A stretch of DNA of 64,000 bases from Felis catus (GCF_018350175.1 NC_058369.1:15626001-15690000); one strand, 5' to 3'; shown: positions 49,485 through 62,465, counted from the first letter of the stretch. A program made the numbers and translations. Notes: a model not told the origin generated them from the sequence alone.

Positions 49485-51362
49485 CTGGAAGGAGTAGATA
49501 GGAGGCATCCAAACGAGGTCATTATATACTTTTCAGCAGAGTTCAACATAAATAAAATGAAGATCAGCTCTGTCTTTTTGGATTCTTAAAAAATGAGACC
49601 CTTTGTGAGTTCGCAGGTTACCAACCCAACACGCTGGCACCACCAATTTCGGGGCATTTGCAACCCACACTAGGAAAAGGAGGGCTGGGAAGATAATGGT
49701 GGGCTTCTTAGCGGTGTTGACAGATTCACTCATTCTGCCACTATTTACAGAGCTCCCTGCCCTCGTGGGTGCAAGATTCTGAGGTTGTGATGGTGAGGAT
49801 GGGAGGGGAGAAATGGGGGATTCAGGAGGCCCCGGCTTTCCCTCCTCTATAGATTTTTGCTGAAGCTCGGGATGGGGAGGGCGAGACCAAATAGTAGACA
49901 AAAGGACTTAGTGAAACATGATACAGGTGGGACACAGAAAAGGCAAAAATCTTAAGGTGATGCGGGGAAGGGGAAAGTCGGAGAGACACCAACCTTGTAG
50001 TGGGTGAGGAGTGGTTAGGGGAAAATCGTTGTGGGGGATTCTCTTGAATAAGGCAGAGTCTTTGGAAGAGGGCTTCTTGTACGTAACCGGTCCTCCCCAG
50101 TTTCCCCAACGTGACCCAGTTACGGCTGAGAAAGTACCCAAGACTTTGAAGAAGGGAAGAAGCCAGGATTGAAAGAGACTTTACGGGACTGATGGCCTCT
50201 GCGTGGGTCTCTTGCGGGCGAGAGATTATTTTTCAGTTCTTCCGCTTGTTTACTCCCTCGGTGGGTTGGTTTCAGAATGCTCTAGCGACTGGCCGAGGAG
50301 CGGAGGACACTGACAAATTCGACCGGTGAAATCACTATCACATGCATTAAAAGAGGTCAGGCAAGGAAGTGGTTCACCATAAAATACTACAACTCGCTTT
50401 AAGATTATGTAGATGACAGCAATTTCTTAGCCCAAAGGATAGATTTCTTTCAGCGATTATCTCCATGTACTGAAACACCCCACAGGAAACGAACACCCAA
50501 ACCATCAAACAAGGAAAGCCTACCCAAAGAAAATGTTAGGAATTGGTTGTGGAGAATGCCTTCTCGGGAAGTCCAAGAGACATTGGTTGTAAACCTGGGG
50601 GCATGCCCCTAACCCTTATTCCACAGCCCCTCATGCACATATCCGTTTGCGTTAGATCTCCAGGCTCACCTCAAAGCAATTGAGGTCACTTAAGGTCATT
50701 TAAGTACAGGTGGTGGTCACCTCTGTTCGTGGAAGACCGTGACATGCATTGTGGAGAAGGCAACAGTAAGCCAGACGGAGTTTGTCCCTTTCAGGTCTGG
50801 GTGGGCGGGGGAATGCGGTAGGGGCCGTTTATAAAATCCTCTACAAACCAACCTGTGTGGGGGGGGGGGGGCAGGGCGGATGACTTTGAACATGGAACAC
50901 AGGGAATGGATGCCCTTATGGTTAGATGGGAGATAAATGGTCTGGAATCGCCCTTAGCTGATAAAATTTGGCCTTTTCTTCACAACAGTGAGACGTGCGC
51001 GTAAACCGAACAACAGCACAAACTTTAGTATCTGTCTGCACAGTATAGAAACACGTGTGCATTTTAAGAAATTTAAAGTATGAATTTCTACGTGTGATTT
51101 GGTGCGACACACTGGGGAGATCACGGAGTTCGTTTTTTACTAGGGTCTCTGCTTGTATCCAATAAGCAGGTTCTGTCTGTGTGTTGAGAGACTGTCCATA
51201 TGCTCAATGTGTCTTGTAAAGACTCAGAACTTATAATATTGTGAATATTTGCTTCTTTAAAATGGATATATATTTAAACCCTCTGCGAAGGGAATCATAG
51301 CTGTCATTTGTTGCACACTTACTGTGTCCCAGTAACAAGCGCCTCCTATCTAAAATGCAGTA

Positions 51363-51567
51363 TTTTTTTAGGTTTATTTCTTTATTTGGAGAGAGACAGA
51401 GAGAGCACGAGCGGGCGAGGGGCAGAGAGAGAGAATCCCAAGCAGGCTCTGAGCGCAGTCAGTGCACAGAGCCTGACGCGGGGCTCGAACCCACAAAATT
51501 GTGAGATCGTGACCTGAGCCAGAATCAAGAGTTGGATGCTCAACTGACTGAGCCACCCAGACACCCC
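51363..51567 (-). mobile_element. SINEC
   Basis: TSD aaatgcagtattt. Confidence 0.92.
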
Positions 51568-53119
51568 TTAAATGCAGTATTTAATGGAATCCTCAAAAGA
51601 ACTCCATGAGATAGATACCATGATTCCTCTCCTTCTCGAAGGGACAAAATCGAGGCTGAGTGAGCATAGGTAACTTTTGCGGGGTCGAGCGGCTAGTTGA
51701 CGGCGAGGCTGGGACCTGGATGGATCTGTGGAGGACAGCAGCCAGGAGCACGGTCTCCCAGCCCCTCCAGAACGTGTCACTGTCACACCTCCCGACGGCA
51801 CGGCCACAGCGGGGCACCAGGACACCTTCGCCCGGAAGCGCCACGTGGACTATTCCTTCCTTCCATCCCTTTTCTGATGCTCTGATTCCCAAACCCCTTG
51901 ATCCACGTTTGATCCACAGTCAAGCATTTCAGGGCCCCTAACTTGCTTGCTATCTATCCTCATCAACACTTGCCTTCCCCAGCAGGCTCTGTGCCTTCTG
52001 GAATACGCTTTCCGTTTCTTGGTGCCCCAAGAGCCCCAGCTTTTTCCTCAGATGCTCCTCGTCCAAGACGGGGGGGGGCTTCCTTCTTCCCACGGCTCCT
52101 CCCCTCAAGTCACATCAGGGCAGGACAGGTGGTCTGTGCCTCCTTGTGGTCACTTACAGGCCCTCGAACTGAGCTTCCCTCAACCGGCCTTTGTCACCAG
52201 GGACCCCACTGCCACCTGTCTTCCATCCACCGCCTTCCACCACCCCCCGGATCGTTCATTGGCTCGCACACACTCCTGGTGGCCTGTGACATCTGGCCCC
52301 AGCCTGTCCTGCCGTCCCTGGTACTGCCTCTTCCGGGCTCTGCGAGCTGCAGCCCTGCGTCACGTTAGCACCCGCTCTGCTCCCGCACCCCCTCGGCACC
52401 GGCAGCTGTCCCAGCGCGGCGCTCAAGGCTTGAACTCAGACACGTCCCTCTGGGGTCCTCAGCGGCCATCTGAGCGCTGCTCCGTTCTGTCACTGCCCTC
52501 CAGCCCTCCTCCCCCGCCCGGTCGTTTCAACCTTCGTTTTTCTTCTTCTCTGTCCTCCTTTCTCCTTGACTCGCTTCTCTGGGTCCCGGCTCGGAGGGGC
52601 TATGTCATGACCCGAGCACAAGAAGTTTCTGTTTCTCACCAGATGAGTCACTGTTAACAACCCCAACCTGAGCAATTCCAGCTTTAAATTCGTGTCGGCC
52701 CATAACCCACTGTATTGGCTTCATAAATGCTTTTTGACCTCCCCCCTCCCTGTCCCCAGTGTTCTGTGGGCCTTTCAGCTGCTTAAGACATTTTGGGTCA
52801 GCTCCCGTCCCCGCTTCACCCACGGGGCTGTCTCTTAAAGTTTTCCTGGTCCTCAAATATCCTTCTGTCTCTCCCTCTTCACTCCCAAGGGACGATTCCC
52901 CTTCTGCGTTTCTGGAAGGGTAAGCTTCCTTGATGAACCTGCATTTCCATTCAAAGTGAGTTCCCTCATCAACAAGGGTGGAAATACTTCCGGATCATGA
53001 AGGCTCAGTATGGCCTGGGGCATGAGGAAAAAAAAAAAAAAAAAAGAAAACCAAACAAACATTGAAAAAAAAAATTGACAGGAGGATAAACTAATATGGC
53101 TTCCTTTGGGGGGGGTGGG

Positions 53120-53480
53120 GGGCAAACTGGAACTTTGTATCAAAACTGAAAACGCACACGCCCTTTGACCCAGAGATTTGCCTTCACGTCTAAGCGCTTA
53201 AGAAAAAACAAGCGTGCAGAGATGTGTGTACGGAGATGTTTACTGTGGTTTTGATGTGGTTACGATCTTGAGGGGGTGTGAGTGCTTCTCTTTTGGGGGG
53301 ATGCCTAAAGCATGCTGCAGACAAGTGGAATCTTCCGCCGCTGTCACAAAAGTATGAAGAAGAGTCCATGTGAGCTGCTGGGGAAAGGTGTCTGTAATAC
53401 ACAACAAGACGAAAACTGTCACGCTGGGGACCGGTGGTCACGGGGAGGTCTCGCTTACTTGGTTATTCATGCGCACACGC
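53120..53480 (+). mobile_element. Old L1M 3' fragment
   Basis: tatcaaaactgaaaacgcacacgccctttgacccagagattt...gtacggagatgtttactgtgg. Confidence 0.6.
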
Positions 53481-54299
53481 ATTCGGAGAGGTAAAGCCAA
53501 AAAGTAACTACGCTCCAATCTGGGCTGGCTGATGGATTGGGGACAGGCGTGGGGGGGCGGGGGGATGGCTGGCCTCTGCTGTATTTGAATCGTGTTATTA
53601 CGTGGGCATTCCTTATGTCATTCGATGACGTAAAGAGAAAATAAAATCGCAAGCCGGTGCAAAAACACCCTTTGTCACAGCCGCCATTGTGTTCATGCGC
53701 TCACCACGGTCAAGGCGCCTTCCTAGGGGCCAGGCCTCATTTCTGTTCCCTTTAAAGAAGCAACTTCAGGTCAGAGATTCCAGGGTAGAGACCACCCAAA
53801 GAACCACGTCCTTTTTTTTTTTTTTTTTTTTTTTAAATTCTTCACTCCAAATGCTATTGCTAATGTTTTAGATGTTTTCGCTTTGGTTGGAGCCCTCTGC
53901 TGTCTGCTTTTTTCCTTTTTCTCCAGATGGCCTCGCAGACCCAGGCCTGGTGGGGGGGGGTCGGAGGGGGAGAGCCAACGGGAGGGCTCCACCTGCCCTG
54001 GACTCTTTCATAACCTTGTTCACGGCCTCTCTGAGGAGGAACGTCAAATTTCTGTCCGATTTGAATTGGGTTCACTGGGCGCTTCCCATTCAGATATCTT
54101 ATAGCAAAATCAGAATCAAACAGGAAGCTGGCATACGTCTTTGGATACAAAGCTGTACCTTATGTGAACAGTGCAAGCATTAGGGTCATTTTCTTTACTG
54201 CCTTCTGGGGAATGTCTTTGATGGGAAAGGTGTATTTCAATTTTGGTGTGACTTACTTTGAGAACAATGATTACCAATCATGATTTATTATTGTCAGTC

Positions 54300-54350
54300 T
54301 TTTTTTAAAAGTTTATTTATTCATTTATTTATTTATTAGTGTTTATTTTT

Positions 54351-54389
<39 letters not shown>

Positions 54390-54573
54390 TGCATGAGTGG
54401 GGGAGGGGGCAGAGAGAGAGGGAGACAGAATCCAAAGCAGGCTCCAGGCTTTGAGCTGTCAGCACAGAGCCTGACGTGGGGCTCAAACCCACAAACCGTG
54501 AGATCATGACCTGAGCTGAAGTCGGACACTTAACTGACTGAGCCACCCAGGCGCCCCTATTTATTTATTCTTT

Positions 54574-54625
<52 letters not shown>

Positions 54626-54787
54626 ACAAGTGGGGAAGGGGTAGAGAGAGAGAGAGGGAGAGACAAAATCCCAAGCAGGCTCCGCACTGTCAGCACAGAG
54701 CAGACGTGGGGCTCGAATTCACAAACCATGAGATTGTGACCTGAGCCGAAGTCAGACTCTTAACCGAGTGAGCCACCCAGGTGCCCC
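54300..54787 (-). mobile_element. Two nested SINECs (54300-54557, 54559-54787)
   Basis: Outer TSD ttattgtcagtctttt; both with (GA)n tracts. Confidence 0.93.
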
Positions 54788-55076
54788 GTTATTGTCAGTC
54801 TTTTCCCAGAAATAGAAGACACAATTATTCGATGTCTGGCAAGTATCACAGGGGCTACCCAGAGAATCCAGGCTCTCATCCAGTCTTCTAGAACACCCAT
54901 GTACTTCTCCTTGCCTCACTGGTTCTCAGAGGGACTCCCGTCCAGGGCTGTGATCCACTTCTGGCCCCTTTCAAGCCCTTCTGCTTCTGCAGGGACTCAA
55001 CTCCACCAACTATCCTTAAAGATTTTTTTTGCGTGAAAGTTCCTATGCTGTCATTTCCTTACTCTCTGACTCCTCC

Positions 55077-55302
55077 TCAGTTTATTTATTTATTTTTTCA
55101 ACGTTTTATTTATTTTTGGGACAGAGAGAGACAGAGCATGAACGGGGGAGGGGCAGAGAGAGAGGGAGACACAGAATCGGAAACAGGCTCCAGGCTCCGA
55201 GCCATCAGCCCAGAGCCCGACGCGGGGCTTGAACTCCCGGACCGCGAGATCGTGACCTGGCTGAAGTCGGACGCTCAACCGACTGTGCCACCCAGGCGCC
55301 CC
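55077..55302 (-). mobile_element. SINEC_Fc (young)
   Basis: TSD ctcctcctcagttta. Confidence 0.95.
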
Positions 55303-55361
55303 TCCTCCTCAGTTTAAAATCAGGCTCATATTCTCCTGCACAATAAAAATGGTCCGAAACA

Positions 55362-55561
55362 GGGGTGCCTGGCTCAGTTGGTTAAGACTCTGACTCTTGG
55401 TTTCGGCTCAGGTCGTGATCGCATGGTTCGTGGGTTCGAGGCCCGCATCGGGCTCCGTGCTGACAACATGGAGCCTGCTTGGGATCCTCCCTCTACCTCT
55501 CCCTCGCTCTCTCTCTCTCTCTCTTTCCCTCTCAAAGTAAATAAATAAACTTTAAAAAAAA
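55362..55561 (+). mobile_element. SINEC
   Basis: ggggtgcctggctcagttgg head; degenerate TSD aaaaatg..cc.aaaca. Confidence 0.9.
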
Positions 55562-55569
55562 TGAACCAA

Positions 55570-56160
55570 AACAGCGACAAACATTAACCCCAAACCCACC
55601 CTCCCTGTGTTCAAACGTTTCCTATCACTGGCTGCCCTCGCCTGTTCCTTCTGTTTATTGCTGAACCCCCGAGAGGAGCTCCCCGGTGGCTGTTCACACC
55701 TCACCTGTCAGTCACCCGCAGCCTGGCTTTCCCCCTCGCCTCCCCCTGACACAGATTTCTCCCAAGCACCCCCCCGCCGCCCGAGTGATCATGTGATCAT
55801 TGAATGACCTCCTCGTTGCTGAATCTGATGTCTGGTGCCTCCACAGCCTTTCCGAGTTGAACCACCTCCTTCTTTACACTTCCCTTGGCTTCCACGGCTC
55901 TCTCCTTTCTGTCCCTCCTCACCCTCAGGGTTGGGTCCCCCTCTGCTCACCTCTCACAACGGGGTCCCTTGGAAGTCTGTCCTCAGCGGCTCTGTGTGCC
56001 CACGGTGCCCTCCTGGTCCGTGTCACTCCACTTACGCTCAGGGTTCCGTGTGTCATATAGGGGCTTCTGTCCCCCGGAGCGTGATCTGTGAACGACGTGA
56101 TACACCTGCTTTGACACTTTTACCTCGGGTCACGGAGGTAACCAATTTCTATCCCTAATT
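55570..56160. mobile_element. L2 fragment
   Basis: atcattgaatgacctcctcgttgctgaatctgatg; cttcccttggcttccacg resemble L2 consensus. Confidence 0.55.
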
Positions 56161-56235
56161 ATCGTTTCTATCCTTTGTTAAAGCGGCAATCCCATGGCGT
56201 ATTTCGTTTCTGTTGTCGTTGTGGCTTACTAAAGT

Positions 56236-56432
56236 TTATCTTTTTATTTATTTTCGAGAGAGAGCGCGTGAGCAGGGGAGGGGCAGAGAGAGAGAGAGAG
56301 GGGGAGAGAATCCCAAGCAGGCTCTCTGAGCACAGAGCCTGACGCCGGGCTCGAACCCACAAACCGTGAGATCTTGACCTGAGCCAAAATCAAGAGGCAG
56401 AGGCTCAAGTGACTGAGCCACCCAGGCGCCTC
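56236..56432 (-). mobile_element. SINEC
   Basis: Reverse SINEC; (CA)n follows at 56484-56513. Confidence 0.92.
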
Positions 56433-56481
56433 TCACACCTCATATTTTGTAAACTCAACATGTCTGCTGTATAGGCTATAG

Positions 56482-56515
<34 letters not shown>

Positions 56516-57484
56516 GCCGCCTCAACTGAAAAGAAATAGAAACCTTGAGAGAATGAGGAGGTGTAGATGCTACTTCTCTGCAAGGGCCTTCGTTCAGATC
56601 CAGAGGAAAAGGGAATTGTGTTCAATTTGGATTCCTCTTTTGCCTCATCATCAAAAGGTTGAGTCAGTCTCTACTAAAGGAGCGAAGACTTTTCTCGTAA
56701 TGCTATCATTAAAAAAATAATTCTAAGAATTGTTGATCTGCACCTTGAGGTTGCATTTTTTAAATGGGACGTTGACTTCAGAGATCGGTGCTTCCTCACT
56801 TCACGTTATCAATTGTGGTTCTCAGAGAGGGTTGATTCGCTTTATCATCGCTGAGATGAGCCCACCGACTATAGACAATGAGCCTCCGGGAAGCTCTCTG
56901 AGAAGTAGGGACAGAGGTGGAAATTTTGTTCCCCGTAAAAATTATTCCCAGGTGAAAACAAACAGGGCTCTGACAGTCGAATTGAAAAACAAGATGCAGG
57001 AAAAACCCCCAACAAACCCAAAACGCAGGATCTTGCTTCATTGGACAGTAGAAGTTGACAATTCAGCCTACAGGTCAGAAATGGGAACTGATCTCTTCCT
57101 GTATTTTATTTTCTATTTTTTTCTGGTTTTATTTAAATTTCAGTTAGTTAACATACAGTGTGATCTTAGTTTCGGGTGTGTGCCTGTATTTTAGAAGAGT
57201 TTGCTGTGCAGAAGTAATCGTGCATCTTGTGATTAACCTGCACGCCGGGTCGAATTGTTTTACTCTGCTCACGCCATACCTATCAGAAGGACCTGTGACC
57301 TGGGTCCCCGGTTTATGCGGACACTTGTATCTTTCACTGACAAAAGACACCACTGGACTAAGTTTTCATTTTCAAGTGGGAGAAGTTAATAAATGAAGGA
57401 ATGTGGATCTTTCGCAGAACCTTACATGAAATACTCACTAAAAAGTGTAAAGGATTGAAATAAAGTTTCCTTCTTTCTTGATAA

Positions 57485-57850
57485 GTAAGGAAAGAACGAA
57501 ATCTTGCCATTTACAACGATGTGGATGCAGCTAGAGAGTATTTTGCGGAGCAAAGTCAGTCAGCCCGGGAAAGATAAATACCATATGATTTCAATCATGT
57601 GTGGAATTTAAGAATCAAAGCAAATGAATGTAGTTGGGGGTGAGGAAGAGAGGCAAACCAGGAAACAGACTCTTAATGGCAGAGAACAAACTAAGGGTTA
57701 CTGGAGGGGGGGGGGATGGGCCAAATGGGTGATGGGCATTAAGGAGGACACTTGCTGTGATGAGCCCTGGGTGTCGTATGTAAGTGGTGAATCACTAAAT
57801 TCTAGTCCTGAAACTAATATATTACACAGTATGTTAACTAACTGGAACTT
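57485..57850 (+). mobile_element. Carnivore L1 3' end
   Basis: gaaatcttgccatttacaacgatgtggatg...tgtgatgagccctgggtgtcgtatgtaagtggtgaatcactaaattct. Confidence 0.88.
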
Positions 57851-57851
57851 A

Positions 57852-58097
57852 TTTTTTTATTTTTTAAAAGTTTTATGTACTTATTTTGAGAGAAAGAGAG
57901 AGAGCATGAGCAGGGGAAGGGCAGAGAGAGAGAGAGAGAGAGCAGGGGAGGGGCAGAGAGAGGGAGAGAGAGAGAATCCCAAGCAGCCAGACATACCGTC
58001 AGCGTGGAGCCGGACTCGGGGCTTGAACTCACGAACCGCGAGATCATGACCTGAGCCGAAGTCGGACGCTTAACCGACTGCGCCACCCAGGCGCCCC
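57852..58097 (-). mobile_element. SINEC at the L1 tail
   Basis: Reverse SINEC with duplicated gagcaggggaggggcagagaga unit. Confidence 0.92.
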
Positions 58098-58204
58098 AGA
58101 CACTGTTGTTTTAGAGGGAGAAAATGAACATTAACGTGGACTTAAAACCTTGCACCTATGGGTAGTACTTTATTCAAGAAATTATACCAGAAGAACGAAA
58201 GAAG

Positions 58205-58446
58205 AGTGTGTGTCCCTGAGTGTGCGTGCGTGCACGCATGTGTGTGTACGTGTTGTGTGGGCGCGTCTAAGTGTGTGTGAGGGTGTCCACGCATGTGTGT
58301 GCGCGCTGTGTGTGGATGTGTGTGGGGTGTGTTGTGTGGGGGTGTGCGCGTGTGTGTTGCATACAGGCGTGTGTGTTACGGGCGCTTGTGTGAATGTGTG
58401 TGTATGCGTGTGCACGAGTGTATGGGGGTGTGTGTACGTGTGTGTC
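58205..58446. repeat. Degenerate (TG)n tract, about 240 nt
   Basis: Alternating purine-pyrimidine tgtgtg/tgcg sequence. Confidence 0.9.
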
Positions 58447-59033
58447 AGCGGGGAAGAGCAGAAAAGAAGAGGAAAGGACCCCGGGGCCCTAAAATAAACC
58501 AGACGGGGGATGAGCATTTATCACAAACTTACGTTAATACGCGCTTTTTGCGGGGCGTGAGCGTAAGCGCATCAGCAACTGTGATGAATCTACTTATCTG
58601 GTGATAGAGTCATGGGGTTCTTCTCTCTGGCAGGCGAAGCCTTTCTTTGCCTGAAATTAACCTTTTATAGTTTTAGATGTTGGCAGTGTAGCCAGGCCAG
58701 GCTCATATTCTTCTGTAAAAAAACCACCCTGCGCCTTTCTAAGCACGGGGAGCACACGAGCCATGTGAGAAGGGGCTCCTGGGGCCGGGGTGGGGGGAGT
58801 GGGGCCCAGGGAAGGCTGGTCTCATCAGGGGCCTCGGCTCACGGGGTTTACACACTAAATATGGAGCAGGGGGGCCGGTTAGCAACACGCGAACCGGGTT
58901 CGTCTTTTCCCACCTTCCTGTTAAACGGCTTCAACCTCTCCTCTGATTTCTGGACCAATCCATTGCCAACCGTTGTTGTTTTGGTTTTGGTTTCTTGCTC
59001 ATCTTTCCTTTGGGCATGTTTCTTCTGGGTCTG

Positions 59034-59192
59034 TTTTTAAAGTGTTTATTTTTGAGGGAGAGAGACAGAGCACAAGCAGGGGAGGAGAAGAGACAGAGCC
59101 GAAGCCCGACGCGGGGCTCGAACTCACGAACCGTGCGATCATGACCTGAGCCAAAGTGGGACGCTTAACTGACGGAGCCACCCAGGCGCCCC
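59034..59192 (-). mobile_element. Internally deleted SINEC
   Basis: TSD tcttctgggtct. Confidence 0.9.
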
Positions 59193-59649
59193 TCTTCTGG
59201 GTCTTTTATTGGGGATTATCTTTGGACCCTATTGAGCACAGGGTCCAAGCACGCTGGCCTTGCAGGAGTGCGCTGGGGCTGGAGAGGCAGACATCATTTC
59301 TGGGAAACCAGAGAGAGGGCCCAAGAGGAGTATTTCTTACAAACCGCTTAATCTCGGTACAGACACCACTTGTGGGTATTACAGTTATTTTGAAAGAATG
59401 CAGAGGAGCAGAAAGAAAAAAAAAAACACCCTCCAGAGATCAAACCTACAGAGGGCAAAAGTTCAAGGCGGGGTGGGGGGGGGAGATTTATTTTTAATGT
59501 TAAAAGGGAAGATGGATGGTGAGTGAATTCGAGAACACTGATAAAAATGTGAAAGCTCAGAAAAGCCCCAAAGTGCTGTTGGGTTTGCTAAGTGTTTGTT
59601 TTTTCTGAGCCAGAAGCTAGCCCAACATATCTGGCTGATTCCTAAAAGG

Positions 59650-59884
59650 TTTTTTTCTTTTTTTTTTCTTTTAATTTTTTTTAACGTTTATTTATTTTTG
59701 AGACAGAGAGAGACAGAGCATGAACGGGGGAGGGGCAGAGAGAGAGGGAGACACAGAATCGGAAACAGGCTCCAGGCTCTGAGCCATCAGCCCAGAGCCC
59801 GACGCCGGGCTCGAACTCACGGACCGCGAGATCGTGACCTGGCTGAAGTCGGACGCTTAACCGACTGCGCCACCCAGGCGCCCC
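59650..59884 (-). mobile_element. SINEC_Fc (young)
   Basis: TSD ctaaaag(g/a)tttttttct; (GT)n follows at 59959-59993. Confidence 0.95.
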
Positions 59885-59956
59885 TAAAAGATTTTTTTCT
59901 AAGTGGCTGCTAGCCTCAGATGAAAACCATTTACTGAACAGCTTCAACCTGTACAG

Positions 59957-59994
<38 letters not shown>

Positions 59995-61429
59995 TGCCTG
60001 TTTATTTGTCGACACAGGAACAGAATCACAGATGAGTAAGATCCTGGGCAAGACCACAAGCCTTATATGCTTTAACACAAGCTAAAGCATATAACCGAGT
60101 TGAGGTCCATCACTTTCTTAGGCTTCCCCAGTCACCCCTCTCGGTGTAACGGACTGGAAGCCTTTCCTCACCCCTTCCTAAGCGAGACCTCTCCTTCCAG
60201 AAGCTGGAAGCCATGAGGCACATACGTGTCATTTATTACGCACCTGTCTTGGGGGACGGCGGAGGGCTGAGACAGCCCCACGACTTGCCTAAGGGGCCCC
60301 GTCACGGCCAGACGGTTTATTCCCCCCTCGGTGGTTTTTACGATCATCACTGTTTTCTGGAGCTCATTTGTCGTGAGAAGGCAAAAATGACACATGGCCG
60401 GCTGTGGGCTTTTGGACGCCAGGTTCATCGAGGTGTTCATCAAGTGTGTACTGAAACCCAGCATGTATGTCGGGCGCACCTTAGGTTGTGGGGTCGCAAC
60501 AGTAAGGAAAACAGACGCGCTCTCTGCTCTTGGGGGGCATAGCGGGTCTTAACGCCGTGTCGCACGAGGCGGGGAGGCTGGGATGCACGGCTTCTCTTCG
60601 CCAGGTGGATCTGCTCCCCAGGGAGGGGGCTGGCGGTGACCCAGGACAAAATGAAAAGGCAGACCGGCGAGGTCATGCTGGCTGTCGAGGAGACAGGGTT
60701 CCACGATACCCCCTCCTTGGCGGTTCTTGCGACAAAAACCACGACGTCGCGCCCCCTCCTTGTTTCTTCCACAAACCCTGGTGGGGAGACCGGGACGTGG
60801 TGAGGATGGGCTCTGAACCTATTGTTTCTACCATCTGTTACATGAGAAAGAAAAGAGCCTAGCCTGGGTGCAGGTGGAGAAAACATTAGTGGCTCCTGTG
60901 GCTCGGAAGCACCTTAAAGTACGGCTCAGTCGATCGTCTCGAATAGGAGGGTGTCTGAGCTACACTGGTCACAGCTCACGCCTAGGTCGCCGACCGTCAG
61001 GAACGTGACACAAGTGTGCAGCCTCCCTTCAGGCGCGCATTTGGATTGTCCCGCATCTTGGAGAGGAGGCGAGAACGTAAATACGAGTGAAAATGATAAC
61101 GATAACGTATTAGGTTATCTCGCCACTGGTCTCTTAGAAAGTAGCGCTTCCTCTTTCCAGAATGTGTGAAGGTTATATTTGGACCCACGCTTGTTTTGAA
61201 ACTTTGTCTTAAATTGAACTTAGTTTAGGCTGGGCTGGGTTCTGATGAGAATAGTCTTATCCTGGTGGCCAAGAATAGCTCAACAAAAACACGCCCAGTG
61301 AATACACGAAAATTCGCGAATCCATAGTGATCCTCGAGAGAAAGCCAAAAGAAATCATCTGAGGCAGCCGGCACCGACTCCTTATTTGGAAACTACGTAA
61401 CTAAGGGGAAGCACGTTTCACGTCTTTCC

Positions 61430-62460
61430 AGCAGGAGCTATATGTCAGGGTAACCAACCAGCTCCAGGTGACAAGATGCAACTATTTTATGGGCGAACGC
61501 CAGCCAACTGTGGAAGGATGCTAGACTTAGAAAATCATCATCTTGCAATCCCACTGAGAGTGTAGATCCTAGAAAGGACCATCAGCTTGTGTGAAGGACA
61601 TTAGGTGGATAGCTGATGGCATCCGGGCATTTACACGGATCCAAAGTAACACCACAGCGACGAGGTTTGGATCATCAGGAGAGAAACACAATTGTACAAC
61701 GTGTGGCTCAGACTGCCATCACCCTAACTAATGGCTGATCTTAGCATCAGAAATGGTGGCACAATCATATACTACACGTTCTCCTGGTGTCATGTAGCTG
61801 AGGTCCCAGAATCACCTGGGATGCGGTCTAGCCAAAGATATTTACCTGGGGTCTAATCACCCTGTCAATGTAACTTCTGGGAAGTACAGAGAAGAGAGGA
61901 AGAAGTTAAACGATACTACAGGTTAAGCAAGCAGGTATGTGTGTATGGGGGGGGGGGGTCTCTAATCTGGTCCACCGGCAGCAGTAGGAAGATTCCATAA
62001 TGAAAGAGACTAGTGCCTCAGTTAAATGACAGTGAGGGGAGCGCCTGCATGGCTCAGTCGGTCAAGCGTCCGGCTCTCGATTTCGGCTCAGATCATGACC
62101 TCACGGTTTCGTGGGACCGATCCCCGTGTCGGGCTCTGCGCTGACAGCATGGAGCCTGCTTGGGATTCTCTCTCTCCCTCTCTCTGTCCCTCCCCTGCTC
62201 GTCTTCTGTCTTTCTCGAAATAAATAAATAAACATTAAAAAAAAAAAAAGGACAACAAGAGCACGTAACAACCAGATGCAATATGTAGTTTGAGACTGGT
62301 TTCTGGTATGAACCAAAAGGCTATGAAGGATCCTTGGAGGGACATTTGGGCAATTTGAAGATATATTGGCTATTAGGTGATATAAGAGTATGCTTGCTAA
62401 TTTTAGGTGTATTGCTTTTTTGTGACATGGGCAAGCATTACTAATTTATTAGAAATGCAT
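61430..62460 (+). mobile_element. Old L1M 3' region fragments
   Basis: ctagacttagaaaatcatcatcttgcaa; caaaaggctatgaaggatccttggagggacatttgggcaatttgaa resemble L1MC/ME 3' regions. Confidence 0.5.
62036..62249 (+). mobile_element. SINEC
   Basis: Forward SINEC with A tail. Confidence 0.92.
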
Positions 62461-62465
62461 TTTGC

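Noticed and set aside
51943..52657. 236-aa and 141-aa ORFs
   Set aside because: Low-complexity Pro/Ser-rich translations of pyrimidine-rich, L2-like DNA; no ATG/Kozak or exon support.
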